A stretch of 64,000 bases of DNA. Origin: the human T2T-CHM13v2.0 reference genome, Homo sapiens. Under the pieces are notes generated by a model. The model made no database searches, was not told the DNA's origin, and saw only the letters and a program-made list of their open reading frames with translations. Below, in pieces: positions 46,369-60,560 of this stretch. The translations under genes and the position numbers were made by a program. Location: NCBI RefSeq assembly GCF_009914755.1, contig NC_060927.1; one strand, given 5' to 3'. The stretch's first letter is position 1, and every line of letters begins with the position of its first letter.

Positions 46369-46855
46369 TGTATGGTAAACACACTTGATAGCAATAAGTT
46401 AAGCATACCCTGAGAATGACCCTGTACGGCAGACACACCTGAATGCATGTTCTGAGCTAGGAAATCTGGAAGTGGCTGACCTGGAGATTTATTCCTTGTC
46501 TATGAGGAACATGTGAGCCCCTGCCCAGTCCCATGGAATACTGGCTGTACAGGGGATCAAGGCCCCAAGTTTTGGGTTAAATGTAAGTTTCCAGATGGAG
46601 GTTGCTAGGGAAAGGATGCTAAGTAAAAATGCTATATAAACTGCATGCCTTTTGTAAGTGGTTGAGGTTAAACTGCCCAGTCTGCTGCCACTGGGCTGTG
46701 TGGTCCTCCTGTCCAGCCCACCACCACTGGACTCTCTCCCCTCTATGTAACCCCCAAGTAAAACCACATGTCTCTTTTGCTGGCTCTGGGTCTATTCTTT
46801 AGTCTCTGGAACCTAATGCCATCCCCAGTGGAGTACATAGGGGTTCAACACAACA
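46369..46855 (+). mobile_element. Solo LTR, probably ERVL class (family not assigned)
   Basis: TG...CA ends, near 5-bp duplication tagga/cagga, internal ctatataaa and agtaaa signals. Confidence 0.75.
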
Positions 46856-47206
46856 CAGGAGAAGAAGGAATAGCTGCTGGGTTGACAAAAATACAACATG
46901 TCTCCTACATGCGTGCTAAATTTATAATCACCTAATCGATTCTTTGTAGAAAAATATCACAGCATATCACATTATTGAACACATTAATCCTAGCTTATAA
47001 AACATTAAAGCATATAAGCAAAATAGCAATATAAAAATTAAGATATTAAAACCGAATATTTTCTTCTGTGCCTGAGCTCTTCCCAAAATTAAGTTCAAAT
47101 TGACAAACGTTTCCATATTAATTTAAAAGTTTAAGTCCTTTACATTGCACTTTTTTCCAGAACTCAGGTGAGAGCTCTAAGCTCAAAGTTAAAAGTCACA
47201 TTTTCT

Positions 47207-47562
47207 CTTTCCCTGCCTGCCTCCTTCCTTCCTTCTTTCCTTCCTTCCTTCCTTCCTTCCTTCCTTCCTTCCTTTCTCTCTTTCCTTCTTTTTGTTGGGG
47301 TCTCGCTCTGTTGCCCAGGTTGGAGTGCAGTAGCACAATTTTGGTTCACTGTAACCTCTACCTCCTGGGTTCAAGCTGTTTTCGTGCCTCAGCCTCCAGA
47401 GTAGCTGGGACTACAGACATGCACCGCCATGCCCGGCTAATTTTACATACAGGGGTTTCACCATTTTGGCCAGGCTGGTCCTGAACTCCTGGCCTCAAGT
47501 GATCCACCGGCCTCAGCCTCCCAAAGTGCTGGGATTACAGACGTGAGCCACTGTGCCTGGCC
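47207..47562 (-). mobile_element. Alu (S family) with tail converted to (TTCC)n
   Basis: 16-bp duplication aaaagtcacattttct at 47191-47206 and 47563-47578 encloses both Alu and microsatellite. Confidence 0.92.
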
Positions 47563-48409
47563 AAAAGTCACATTTTCTTTAGAGCATCCCAGGAGTTGCC
47601 TTCTCCATCTCTTTCTCTTTCTGTTCTGTACTTGCTTAGCTGGCATAAAACATGGCACTTTATATTCTGCCAATAAATGCAAAGTGGAGGCAGCCATAAA
47701 GTAGTAGACAAACCACTTAGTTGGGCACCAGAAGCCTAAAGCCTGCCTCTCACAAGATGTGATTCCACAAGCAAATCACTTACCCTCTCAAAATGGAGCT
47801 TCCTCCTCTGTTAAATGTTGTCGAATGTGTATATCCAACAGGTTGTTGTTGGAACCAAGTGGGAGTGTCTGTGAAAGCACTTAGAAAATTGTGAAGAACT
47901 GTCCAAATGCAAGGCATGATTATTAATTTAGACTATTTCAGGATCAGGACTCCCGATCCCTTTATATTTCCTATAAGGTTATCTGTCTTACCCTCCCTTG
48001 TTTATATATTTGGACTAGAATATCATTGGTGCCATATTTTCCTGGCTGACCCCAATCTAAATTTTGAAAAGCAGCTTTTAGCACCTCCTCCAAGAAGCCT
48101 TTTCTATTCTTTCCCTGTGTGAGGTATTTTCTCTTTAAACTCTCAATAACCTGTGCTACCTTTATTAAAACACATGTCATATTGTACGATTTCTTAGATA
48201 AAAGGACTTCTCTGATTAACTTGATTTCCTCCTACGTTAGTTCTTCCATTTCATGATTTTGTTGTCTTCCTTTTACGATGTTAGTTTTCTCACCTGTTTG
48301 ATAGTTTCTATGTGTGCCCACCTTTGACTTTGAGATTAACTGTTAGACTATTGTGAATGCTAATTATCTCCTTACTGAAGACTTGACTATAGTGATTTTT
48401 AGTAAGTGA

Positions 48410-48801
48410 TGTACAGGTTCTAAAATTTGCATGTGTCCTCTAAAGTTCATGTGTTGGAAACTTAATTACCAGTCTAACAGTGTTGAGAGATGGCACCTTT
48501 GAGAGGTGATAAGGTCATGAGGGCTCTGCTCTCATGAATGGGTTCTTGTTGTTATTGTAGGAATGGATTTGTCATCTTGAGAGTGGGTTTGTTATAAAAG
48601 TGAGCTTGGCTCTATCTTGACCTCTCTTGCCATGTGATGCCTTCTGCCATGTTATAATGCAACAAAGAGGTCCTCACCAGATGTAGCCCCTCAAGATTGG
48701 ACTTCTCAGCCTCCAGAACCATGAGCCAAATAAATTTCTATTTATTATAAATCACCCAGTCTCAAGTATTCTTTTATAACAGCACTAAACAGACTAAGTC
48801 A
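48410..48801 (+). mobile_element. MaLR LTR (MST-type)
   Basis: aaagttcatgtgttggaaactta...ggtcatgagggctctgctctcatgaatgg...cagcctccagaaccatgagccaaataaattt...acagactaag. Confidence 0.85.
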
Positions 48802-51554
48802 GCAAGATATGCCAGTAGTTAGTTTTCTCAATGGCAATGTCTTCAGTTGACATTTTTTTCCTTTTCTACATTATGTAGAAGGGAGGAGAAATGACATTCT
48901 AATAGATGAAAGATAACTATTAGTAAAATGATCTAAAGTTTACTTGGTTATTCCTAATGTTCTTTTAACAAAAGATGTACCAATGTCTCAAGCATCAAAC
49001 AACTTTATAAAGACAAAGGCTATATCTGTTCTTTATGTATTCACATTGTTCAGTGCACATAGAAGATAACCAAGTATTTTGGCTAAGTGAATGAATTAGC
49101 CACTTAGGAAGAAATGGAAGATATGAGTAGTAAAAATAATTTGATAAATTTACAAGGTCAATAGGAACACACAAAAAAGCCACGACTCATGTGTCCCCTT
49201 ATCTACCCTGAAGAAACTGGCCTTTCTCAGAGTTTCTACCAAGCAACAGAACATACACAGGGGATTTCACCTCCCACTCTATCAGGACACAGATCTCATC
49301 ATCTTGCAATTGTACGCAGCCTGGAAAGCAACCAGAGTGTCAGTTTACATAGCGAGGCTGCTGGAGGTTGTATGATGTCTTTTAAACAACTTGAGCCAAA
49401 AATAACCAATCATAGTCCAAAACAGCCAACCATACTGTAGCTGGTCTTCAAACTGCAAAAGTCACAATGAATTCACCTTGTGAGCTGTTGTTATTATAAA
49501 TAAAAATCATGGTACTAGAGGTGAGAAAATGCCACATAAGATCAGAAATGAGTTAGAGTCCATTCTTTTTCCTCCAGTTTTTAAGGCATAGCCAATATGC
49601 AGGATTATTTCAGAGCTAATCAGTTTCACTGGTTCATATTTCATTTCTCAGCAAACCATTTCACTGGGCCATAAACACTTTTTAGCAACGCAGTTCCTAC
49701 TATCTTCTGAATTTCATATTTGAAAACACCTCTTCTCTTCCAGGAGTTTAGACACTTAACCCACTCAGGAAGGAGAAACAATCACAAAACTATTGAGAGA
49801 ATTAGAATGAGAGATTTCTTTGTGGCCACCCCAACATCATCTTTTTTTTTTAACGTCACTGTCTCCCTAATACTGTGACAAACATCATTCCTTAGGTATT
49901 TCACATACTTCCTGGGTCCTATTTTTAAATTAATGAAAGTGCATCATGCTAAGTGCTTCAAAACAAATTTCACACCACTGATTTCTGCTGTTGTTGTTTT
50001 TTTCCTGATAAACATCACTAAGTGATCGATTTAATCATTGCTTATTGTCTTTGGTTGCTAAACATTCCCTGACTTTGCTCAGCAAACATTTCCATGTAAC
50101 ACAAACTGGCCTCCCTTTAAAAAATACTTCTAGGTATGATGGAGACTCCTAAAATTGAAAAAAAATATTTATCTGTCTCTGTCCGAGGCCATCCACTGAA
50201 ATGTAATCTGGGGATTATAGAGGGTCAGATGTTGCCTTTATAAAAACAAACACCCAGCAACTAGAGGAATAAAAGTGAGAGGCTCAAGGAAAGAGGCAAG
50301 GCTACGGGGACACAGTAGTTGAATGTGAGTGTAGGCACTAATTTGGGAAGAGATATTCTACTACAGTTTTTACTAAAATAATTTTTGAGGCTATTTATTT
50401 GTAACAGCATGTATGATTTCTATGATTGTGATCTTTCTTTTTTCCAAAATGTATGTTTCAAAAATGAATATAGCATTCCAAAGTTTCATGAAAAAAAAAT
50501 TACTCAAATATTTAATTTAAAGTAAATCTATCTCTTGCATTTATTCTAATAGATTTTCCATCTTTCTTGGCATTAGATCGTATGTAAAAAAGTCACACTT
50601 CTCTTGAGAGGCCAAATACATGTATATAATTTGTTTATTAGTCAGTTATTTAAATTAAAATACAATTTTAATTAGCGCAAAATTTGTTCTTGCATTAGGT
50701 AAGATAAATAAACAGTGGAACTACCCAATTTATACCAAGCCATCTGAATACCCTGCCAAGGCCATGTTAGAGCATGACCCAGCAGAAAATTACAACTACT
50801 ACCACTGGCTGAGGCTCATGTTACAGATCGGGAATGATAAATACCTGGCACTTCTATTACCACTCTCTTACATCATGCTCATGGCAGACATTACTAATCA
50901 ATCATAATACTCTCTCTATGCCCAGGAGCAACCTTAGAATCCTTCACAGAGCCTCACAGTAGGCAGCCACTATCAATCGAGTCAGTGTCTGAGATGAAAC
51001 CTATATTCAAATGCAATTAAAACCGTTTATTAACATACTAGGTTTTGTTCTTTGCAACTATTATTAGGGCTTTGGGATACTATTCACTCCTTTTCCCTTT
51101 TAAAGTTCTGATCCATAGAGTATATATACAGAGATCAATAGCAAAAGCCAAAGGCAAAGTGCAAGTTTATTCACTGTTAGGTGAGACCACTGCACCCTAT
51201 GGCAAATCCTCAGACCTGGCTCAGGCTCAAGGACAAAGTGAGTCCTTCTTCTTTCTCTCATAGAATCTACATCATGGAACATGAGCATCTGGGATCTGTC
51301 TGTTGGCTAGGGGTGGAGGAAAGAGAAGTGGGGAAGGAGAGATGGGCAAGGGAAGAGAACAGTCAAAGGAGAGGGAAAGAATGAGCAGGCAGGGCAGGCC
51401 CTAAAAGAGCCCTTGAATTAGCTTACTGATTTTACCACATCTCCTTACAAATAATAGTACACTTCTTGAGAGTTTACTATGCAGCAGGCACAAGGCACAA
51501 TGCTAGGCTCGATGTCATCATCTTACTTGGTAATTCCAAAACCCCTCTGAGGAA

Positions 51555-52370
51555 GTTTATCAGTTAAAAATTGTATGGGTGGCATAAGAATCAGAATCCC
51601 CCTGGGAAATCGGTGTTACCTTCAAGGCAGAGGTGGGAGCAGGGATAAGGGTAACTGTCTAGATGACATAGGGGTTGGGCATGGAGAGGTTCTTATCCCT
51701 CTAGACCTTAGGGCAGGAGGCAGGAGGTCTGTGGAACCCAGGGAAAGAGATGCAGCTATAGCAGAGGGCCATCTGGCCAGAGGTGTGGCTTTGGGTAGAG
51801 GAATACAGCTACTGCCCCATAGCTGAGAAGGCGGGAGCTAGAGGGATCTATTCTCCAACCTCTCTCTCTCTCTCTCCTGTTTCTGGCTAGTTCCTCCCAT
51901 TGACCAAATCCCTTTGGAAATCAGAGGGCAATGGCCCTTTGATGTGGTTCAAGGCAGCTTCCCCATGCAATGTAGCACAAGGGCACAGGCAGAACTGGAT
52001 CTGGAGGGGCAAGCAGAATATCCAGCACAGGCAGGTGGCAGAAAGCCCAAACATCAGTGACTTAACCATACAGGTTTCTATTGAAAAGAGAAGTTACAGC
52101 TGCTCAGCAGGGAAGTCGTTAGCAACCCAGCCTCCTGCAAGCTCTCCGCTCATGCTGGAAAGACCTCCTGCAGCTGTGGGTACCACACTCACACTCAAGG
52201 CAGAAAAAAGGAGGAGGGGCAAAGAGCAAAAGCCACATTCTAACTGAGTCTATCAGGAAAACAATTAGTGTCCCCAGGACATTTTTACTTATATCTCATC
52301 GGCCAGACCCAGGTCATGGGTTCTTTTCTGGCTGCAAAGGGAGCCTGGGGAGGGAAGTATTTTTAACTGA
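51555..52370. mobile_element. Old MLT1-type MaLR LTR fragments
   Basis: cccattgaccaaatcc...agagggcaa...ggatctggaggggcaagcagaatatccagcaca; tatctcatcggccaga...gctgcaaagggagcctgg. Confidence 0.55.
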
Positions 52371-52372
52371 GC

Positions 52373-52533
52373 TAGGGTCACCAGATAAAATACATAATAC
52401 CCAGTTAAATTTGAATTTCAAATAAATAATGACTCTTTAGTAAATGGGACATACTTTTACTGAAAAATTATTCATAGTTTATTTAAAATAACATTTAACT
52501 GGAAAGCCTATATTTTTATTTCTAAACCCTAAC
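52373..52533. mobile_element. MER53-like palindromic hAT MITE
   Basis: agggtcaccagataaaatac...cccagttaaatttgaatttc...tgggacatactt...tttaactgg...tatttttattt. Confidence 0.8.
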
Positions 52534-52925
52534 CTGGGCACATTGCCACCCAAACAAAATTGAGGGTTTTACTATGGAAGAAGGATGGTACAAATATTGA
52601 GTATGGAATGAGCTGCAGCTGCCACAGATGAGTACTATTATTCCCATTTTACAGTTTCAGAAGCAAAGGCTTAGAGAAAGGGAGGAATTTAACCAGGTTA
52701 TATAGCTAATAAGTGCTGAAGCTGGAATTAGGTTAAACCTAGTGCTTTTTAGCATTTATATTATCAGCCTCTGTGACTTAAGAGGCTTCAGAAAAGCAAA
52801 AGAGAGGTCAAGAGCTCTCTAACACAGTAACTGCCCCACCAGTGAAATATGGCCTAATAGAGGCCAGATTGTCACCATGGAAGTCAGATTGTTGACAATC
52901 AGATTAGCAACTACAGCTCTTAGAG

Positions 52926-53135
52926 CAGTGGCTCTCCATTGAGGAGAGGAAAGTTTGCCCCCCACCCTCACCCCACAGAGGGGCACTTGGCAATTGCTAG
53001 GGACATTTTCAGTTGTCACAACTTGGGGGAGTGCTATTGGCATCTAAAAGTTGAGGCCATGGATGGTGCTAAATATTCTATAATGCACAAGACACTCCCT
53101 CACAGCAAAGAAGCATCTGATCCAAAATGCCGAGA
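52926..53135. mobile_element. MER20 (hAT-Charlie)
   Basis: cagtggctctc...ggggcacttggcaat...gacattttcagttgtcacaact...ggcatcta...tgctaaatattctataatgcaca. Confidence 0.85.
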
Positions 53136-53969
53136 TTCTAAAGGAAATAATGAGTAGAAAGTGTAGAAGAGTATCCCTAGTACATATCCCCCAAATACAA
53201 AGCAGCCTTGGGCAAAGACTCATACGTGAGAAGATTTCCCCTAACATCTATATCTTTTTGAAAAAAATTACAATCATTTTATTTAAAACTGTGCCAATAA
53301 AAATGCAGGTGATGCATTCTTCTCATTTTTGCAATATGAGGGAACAAACAAGTTTACCAAGTTGCCCACATTACTTTAACATCTTCTTTATTATTGCACA
53401 TCTTACTGTAATGTATTTATTCCTATAGTTCCCACTTGTTTGTAAGCTTCTCAGAGGCGAGGAACAATGTCCTCAATTTGTTTCACTGGTACAATGCCTA
53501 GTATATGGTATGCACATATATTTTTAAGAAAAAATTAATTTGGTACCTGTACTATAAACCTGAAATTAGTGAAATTAGTTCTTAATCTTTTAAAAATAAT
53601 ATTAAAAACCAAAAATTCTCTTTTTCTTGGATGTAATCCTGAGATCAATTTGGCTGTTTATTGAAACAGTAAGCAGTTTGCATAATACCTGTTTGCAGAC
53701 AGGCCTAGTTGCTTATTTCCCTAACATCTGTATCTGAGAGTACAACTGATCACATGCTATTTTCTTGCTTAGATTTGGAAATTTAAATTTTCCTACAGCA
53801 TAGGAACAAAAATAAATATGTCAGGAAAAAATATCCTACAGCCAGAGAGACCAGGGCCCTTGCAAGGGACTTTAGAGTTCAAAATTATGAGAACAGTTAT
53901 GACTGCCATTATAGAACTATTTGTTTAAAACAAATAGCGGTATGTGCCCAAGGAATTTAACATCATTTA

Positions 53970-54304
53970 CAGTCATGCTATTATTAACGACAGGGATATA
54001 TTCTGAGAAATATGTCCTTAAGAGATTTCATTGTGTGAACATCATAGAGTGCCCTTATGCGCTCTATGATGTTTTTAGATGGTGTATACTTAGGCTATAA
54101 GGTAGAGCCTATTGCTCCTAGGCTGCAAACCTGCATAGCATCTGTCTGTCTTAAACACTGTAGGCAACTGCAACACAATGGTAAGCATTTGTGTATCTAA
54201 ACATAGAACTTGCACAGTAAAAATGCAGTATTATAATCTTATGAGAACCACCATCCATATATGGTCCATCATTGACTGAAACATTATTATGCAGCCCATG
54301 ACTA
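53970..54304 (+). mobile_element. Tigger3a/Golem-like TcMar MITE
   Basis: ta|cagtcatgc...ttctgagaaa...gcctattgctcctaggct...catgacta|ta; terminal inverted repeats and TA flanks. Confidence 0.85.
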
Positions 54305-54340
54305 TACTTCTTTACTAAAGCCAATCATAAGTAAAAGTAA

Positions 54341-54505
54341 AGGCTGGGCATGGTGGCTTGCACCTGTCATCCAAGCACATCAGGAGACCAACACAGGAGG
54401 ATTGCTTGAGTCCAGGAGTGCAAGGCTACAGTGAGCTATAATCATGCTGCTGCACTCTAGCCTGGGTGACAGAGCAAGACCCTGTCTCTAAAAAAGTAAA
54501 AATAA
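54341..54505 (+). mobile_element. Alu monomer (FRAM/FLAM-like)
   Basis: Single-arm Alu with A-rich tail. Confidence 0.75.
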
Positions 54506-54656
54506 ATTTTTAAAAGTAGAGGTATTCCTGACCATCTCTGGGGATATGAAAAAAAGAAAAATAAATTAAAAAGTAGAATATGATGCTTAAAATCATATTT
54601 GTAAAGCCAAACAGAGATTCTGTATAGATTATTTTGTATGTGTGTGTGTGTGTGTG

Positions 54657-54942
<286 letters not shown>

Positions 54943-55984
54943 TAGATTCTTTTGGATGAACTGCACTACTATTGTCTTCTCACTATATTGGATACAAATG
55001 TAGAAGGCCAGCATGCACACACATTTAATCTTCCCAGATTGGCTTCATTTTTGATTCAAGAATAGCCTGTGTCAGAGAATGACTATTCATAAATGTTTAT
55101 TGATTTAAATTTGCATGTAGGCTCCTTTTCACAGATTATCTTTAAAGGGATAGTAGTTGCTTTACTGATATCACTAATGAATGCATGAGAGCAGAGAGCT
55201 AGAATTGAGCCATAGTTCTACCTGTTACAAATATATTGTTGATCAGAATCTAGTTTGGAACTATTTTCTTTCTTTTCCAATGTTTATCTGATTATCTTCC
55301 TAGTCTATGCATGGTATCTTTTGATACTCCCCAACACAGACGCTAGGCCAAAGATGTTGATATCCCTTGAGATTCTTGCCAGATCTCTAGCCCAAACCTT
55401 ACCCTGTTGAAACTGTGCCAGATCTACACTGGATGTCAAGCCACCAGTTTGTGAAGAGTCGATTGCACCATCATTGCTAGTCTAGCATTATTTATATATC
55501 AAATCTATAAATTATCATTTGATGATCAAGGTGCTTGTGTTAGCTGGAACCAGAATTTTAAGTTTATTAACGAAAAGAGTTCCATGAGGCTTTTCCAAAT
55601 GGCACTTTAGCCAAAGGATAATTTGGCTAAAAGGTTACTTAAGTAACCAAAGGGGACCATTAAGAAACTGGGTTCATTTCCAAAGTGGCCCGATGGCATA
55701 ATCCCAGGGAGAGGAACCAGCAAGTGTAAATCATCTGCTCTGTTAGGTACCGTGCATGTTCTCCCTGTCTACTTCTCATGACAAAAAATCAACTCCTCAT
55801 TACCATTTTAAGGATGCAGAAAATGCCCTTGAACATGCAACCTAATAAAGCATCCGTTTATTTATCTACAAAATGGGAGTAATAATAGTACCTACCTCAT
55901 GAGCATGTTGTGAGGATTAAATGAGATAACACATGCAGAACTAAAGTACATGATGGCAATGTAAATACTGTTAGGTCTTGATTG

Positions 55985-56280
55985 TTTTTTGTTTTGTTTT
56001 GTTTTTGAGACAGAGTTTTGCTCTGTTGGGGTACAGTGCTGTGATCTCAGATCACTGCAACCTCTGCTTCCTGGGTTCAAGCGATTCTCCTGCCTCAGCC
56101 TCCTGAGTAGCTGGGACTACAGGCATGAGCAACCACACCCGGCTAATTTTTGTATTTTTAGTAGAGCTGGGGTTTCACCGTGTTGGCCAGGCTGGTCTTG
56201 AACTCCTGACCTCAAGTGATCTACCTGCCTTGGCCTCCCAGAGTGCTGGGACTACAGGCGTGAGCCACCGCCGAGCCCGG
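55985..56280 (-). mobile_element. Alu (S family)
   Basis: Flanked by taggtcttg on both sides. Confidence 0.88.
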
Positions 56281-56894
56281 TAGGTCTTGTTATTAATTTC
56301 TACTAATAAGGCTACAGTGTGAGAATGTGACTCCAGAGCCTTTCTTCTTTTCACAATTCCACATAACCTTCAATTAACTACAGTAACAATTTTTTCAGTA
56401 CAACCTTTTAACTACAGTAACATACAGTAGCAATAAACTACAGTAACAATGTTTTCATGCAATCTTAGGCCTGCCTCAGATGGACCATACACACTGGCTT
56501 TTTTTAGTCTCCCAATTTGAACTATTTAATTTCCAGAACTCACCTCCAGCCCCCAAAACAGAAGGAAAAAAAAAAACCCTGCACACCAAGCAACATGTAC
56601 ACGCTGTTCCCTAATCTTAAATCATCCTTTCCTTCAGATTTTAAGAAAATCACGATCATTTTAGTGTGATGTGCTTGGATTACAGCAGCATAGAACTCTA
56701 TTAGAGGAAGGATGATCCTTAGGGTTCCTAGACAGGAAACCTATATTTGGCTGGTGACCTGTAATGTGACCACCACCAACTGCTCCCTGCTGACTTTGCT
56801 CTTGGAAAGCTACTGCCCGCTATTGCCTGACACTTGGTGGTGATTACAAAAGGAAAACAATCATGCATGGCCTAAAACTGTTTCAGTATAAAAC

Positions 56895-58447
<1,553 letters not shown>

Positions 58448-58934
58448 ACATCTCCTTTTTATCATATTTAACAAGATAACAGCAACCTTGAGCATGTGCA
58501 TACACACGCACAGAGTCAGAGTTCCCTTCCTTGACTTCACCTATTGGTTTCCCATGCCCAGATGTCTATTGTGTCCCTAATCATATCACTTTGTGCTATG
58601 TTACAATTACCTATCTGTGTGACGTAGTCCCTGACTAAGCTGTAAACTCCGAGGAGATGGAGCCTGTGTCTGAGACTGTGGTATTGCCACTGCTTAGCAC
58701 ATTATAGGTAATCAATAGACATTTAATAAGCACACAAACAACATGTGACAAACCAAGGAAATAAGAATGAATACGTGATGCGTTTGAACACACTTACATG
58801 GGCATGGCTGTGTTGGAGACAAGAGGAGAGTTTTTGATGGGGTGGACTGTGGTCCTTGGACATTAAGCAGTAAGGTGGGCTAGAATATGGAGACTTTAAG
58901 TATTCAGGCCTGGTGATCTAGAGAGTAAAGAACC

Positions 58935-59580
58935 ATTTTTTTTCCAATTTAAAAATTGCAGTAAAATATGTTACATAAAATTTGCCATTTTAACCATTTT
59001 TAAATATACAATTCTGTACACTAATTACACTCACAATGTAATCCAACCATCACCACAATCTTTTTCCAAAACCTTTTCATCACCCCAGAGCAGTAACTCC
59101 CTATTCTCTCTCTTCCCTGAGTCCCTAGTAACCTCTAACCCACTTTTTGTCTCCATTAATTTGCTTTTTGTTTTTTTTTCCTTTGGAGACAGGGTTTTGC
59201 GCTGTCTCCCAGCCTGTACTGCAGTGGCACAATCACAGCTCACTGCAGCCTTGACCTCCTGGACTCAAGTGATCCTCCCACCTTAACCTCTCAAGTATCT
59301 GGGGCTACAGGAATGTGCCATCATGCCTGGCTAATTTTTAAAATTTTTTGCAGAGATGAGATCTCCCCTTGTTGCCCAGACTTGTCTTGAACTCTTGCAC
59401 TAAAGCGATCCTTCCTCCTCAGCCTCCCAAAGTGCTAGGATTAAAGGTGTTTGCCACCATGCCTGGCTGAATTTGCCTATTTTAGATGTTTCATGTAAGT
59501 GAATCCTACAGCATTTGTTCTTCTGTATTTGTTTTATTTCATTTTGCAAAACATTGTCAAGGTTCATCTATGCTGTGGCA
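58935..59580 (-). mobile_element. Old L1 (L1MB-like) 3' fragment interrupted by AluJ (about 59165-59468)
   Basis: aaaatttgccattttaaccattttta...caaccatcaccacaatc...aatttgcctattttagat. Confidence 0.8.
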
Positions 59581-59829
59581 TTTTTAAGTAGAAAAGTGAT
59601 TTAGAGCCACCGACATCTTGGAAAGACAGTGTTGGAAGATGCATACGGGTGAGGTGTTGAGCACCTCATTCCAGTTGCTTCAGCACCTTGCTGGCTTGTT
59701 TACTATTGTAGAGAGCCTTTATTAATTTCTAGGGGCTGGAAACCTAAACATATTACAAGTGTGTCACCAAATTTTGATCAGTATCTACAGCTTACATTTG
59801 CTATGACTGAGGGCATGCATGGTTTATAG

Positions 59830-60560
59830 TGAAACCTGTTCGATGTTGATATCTGTTATAATGACATGGCAAAACATGGGATACAATTGCTGGGAGAATG
59901 GAGAGGAGTCATAAACATCAAATCAGAAAACAAGCCAAGAGAGGGATAACTGTGGCTGCTTTTAGAGGTGAGCATCATTGTGCTGCAGCAGTGGCCACGT
60001 GGTAATCATTTCTGGTTTGTCACAATGCATAGAGCTTTTGATACATTTTAGTGGTTGCCAAAAATGCTAGAATTGGAGAGCATGCTACATATACAAAAAG
60101 TTTAAGAACAAATATACCTAGAGTCATAACATGCTCATATTTCATTTGTAAAAAGTCAACTCTACATGCTAGAGACAGAGAGAGAGAAACAGAGAAAGAC
60201 AGAGAGAAAGAAAAATAACTAAACTGTACAAGTGATCCTGGTTGCCATTTCACTCAGTGAGTTTATGTCCCAGAGTTGATGTGATCTGGGAAATACACAT
60301 GGATTTTCATAGTTTCCATTGTGTGATGTTGCAGAAGAGCATGAGTCCAGGGTTTAAAAATATGTACTTTTCATACAACATGGTCATGAAAGAAAGTCTA
60401 CTTCATCTGGGACTCAAATGAAGAATCAACGTATTCCAAAGTCAATTGTGCTGGACTTAATGAAAGAGGGCATATCGCTCTTTAATGTAGCACATATCTA
60501 ATAGATTTTCTGGCACAATTTTGACAAGACACAATTTTCATCTTATGGGCTGACTTTAGA
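59830..60560 (+). mobile_element. Possible decayed hAT (Charlie-like) transposase remnant
   Basis: Hand translation gives motif-like pieces in the expected order (see findings). Confidence 0.4.
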
